A stretch of 37,725 bases of DNA, from positions 1 through 37,725 of the forward strand of contig DHPR01000031.1 in the NCBI GenBank assembly GCA_002410925.1. Direction: 5' to 3'. The notes under the pieces were generated by a model that saw nothing but the letters and a program-made list of their open reading frames with translations, ran no database searches and was not told the DNA's origin. Position 1 is the first letter of the stretch. The number at the start of each line of letters is the position of its first letter. Origin of the DNA: a bacterium UBP13_UBA5359 (GTDB lineage Bacteria > UBP13 > UBA5359). Below are positions 37,654 to 37,725 of this stretch, one piece after another. Both the position numbers and the translations under genes were made by a program.

Positions 37654-37725
37654 ATGTTGATTAAAGTAGGAATTATAGGTTGTGGGGGCATAGCACGTCG
37701 CCATGTGACCGGTTATACCGATAGC
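37654..37725 (+). CDS. Gfo/Idh/MocA-family oxidoreductase, N-terminus only (runs off the window)
   Basis: RBS AGGAGG; MLIKVGIIGCGGIARRHVTGY Rossmann motif. Not in the ORF track. Confidence 0.8.
   Translation, partial: MLIKVGIIGCGGIARRHVTGYTDS

Overview
Bacterial chromosomal window, probably from an anaerobic diderm 'Terrabacteria' lineage. Housekeeping gene order and promoters look Bacillota-like, while the pilin-like protein and a putative outer-membrane beta protein look Armatimonadota-like (inference only). From left to right: (1) an IS3-family element with TA-bounded ends that splits a decayed gene for a large secreted-type protein; (2) uronate isomerase, a GH78 rhamnosidase-like enzyme, isocitrate dehydrogenase and a convergent URO-D-family gene; (3) a ~300-nt hairpin-rich intergenic element of unknown identity, then ppdK; (4) an ECF sigma / zinc-finger-TPR anti-sigma / secreted protein operon, divergent from a large repetitive beta-strand protein; (5) an orphan sugar-binding lipoprotein, eno, pyk, ftsB/divIC, an S1 protein, folP and a CHASE2-GAF-HD-GYP phosphodiesterase; (6) from ~26 kb to the window end, a carbohydrate locus. 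This locus has a GntR/LacI-hybrid repressor with three conserved operator copies and two near-identical promoters. Its first gene is a prepilin-type H-X9-DG (DUF1559-like) protein, followed by two paralogous DUF6067/GH123-like secreted proteins, two CBM-like secreted proteins, a sugar-binding lipoprotein, a decayed second copy of the pilin 3' end and a truncated Gfo/Idh/MocA gene. This pilin-led glycan locus is the best candidate for a poorly described system. No rRNA, tRNA, CRISPR array or reverse transcriptase was seen. All family assignments are by recognition, with no database search.
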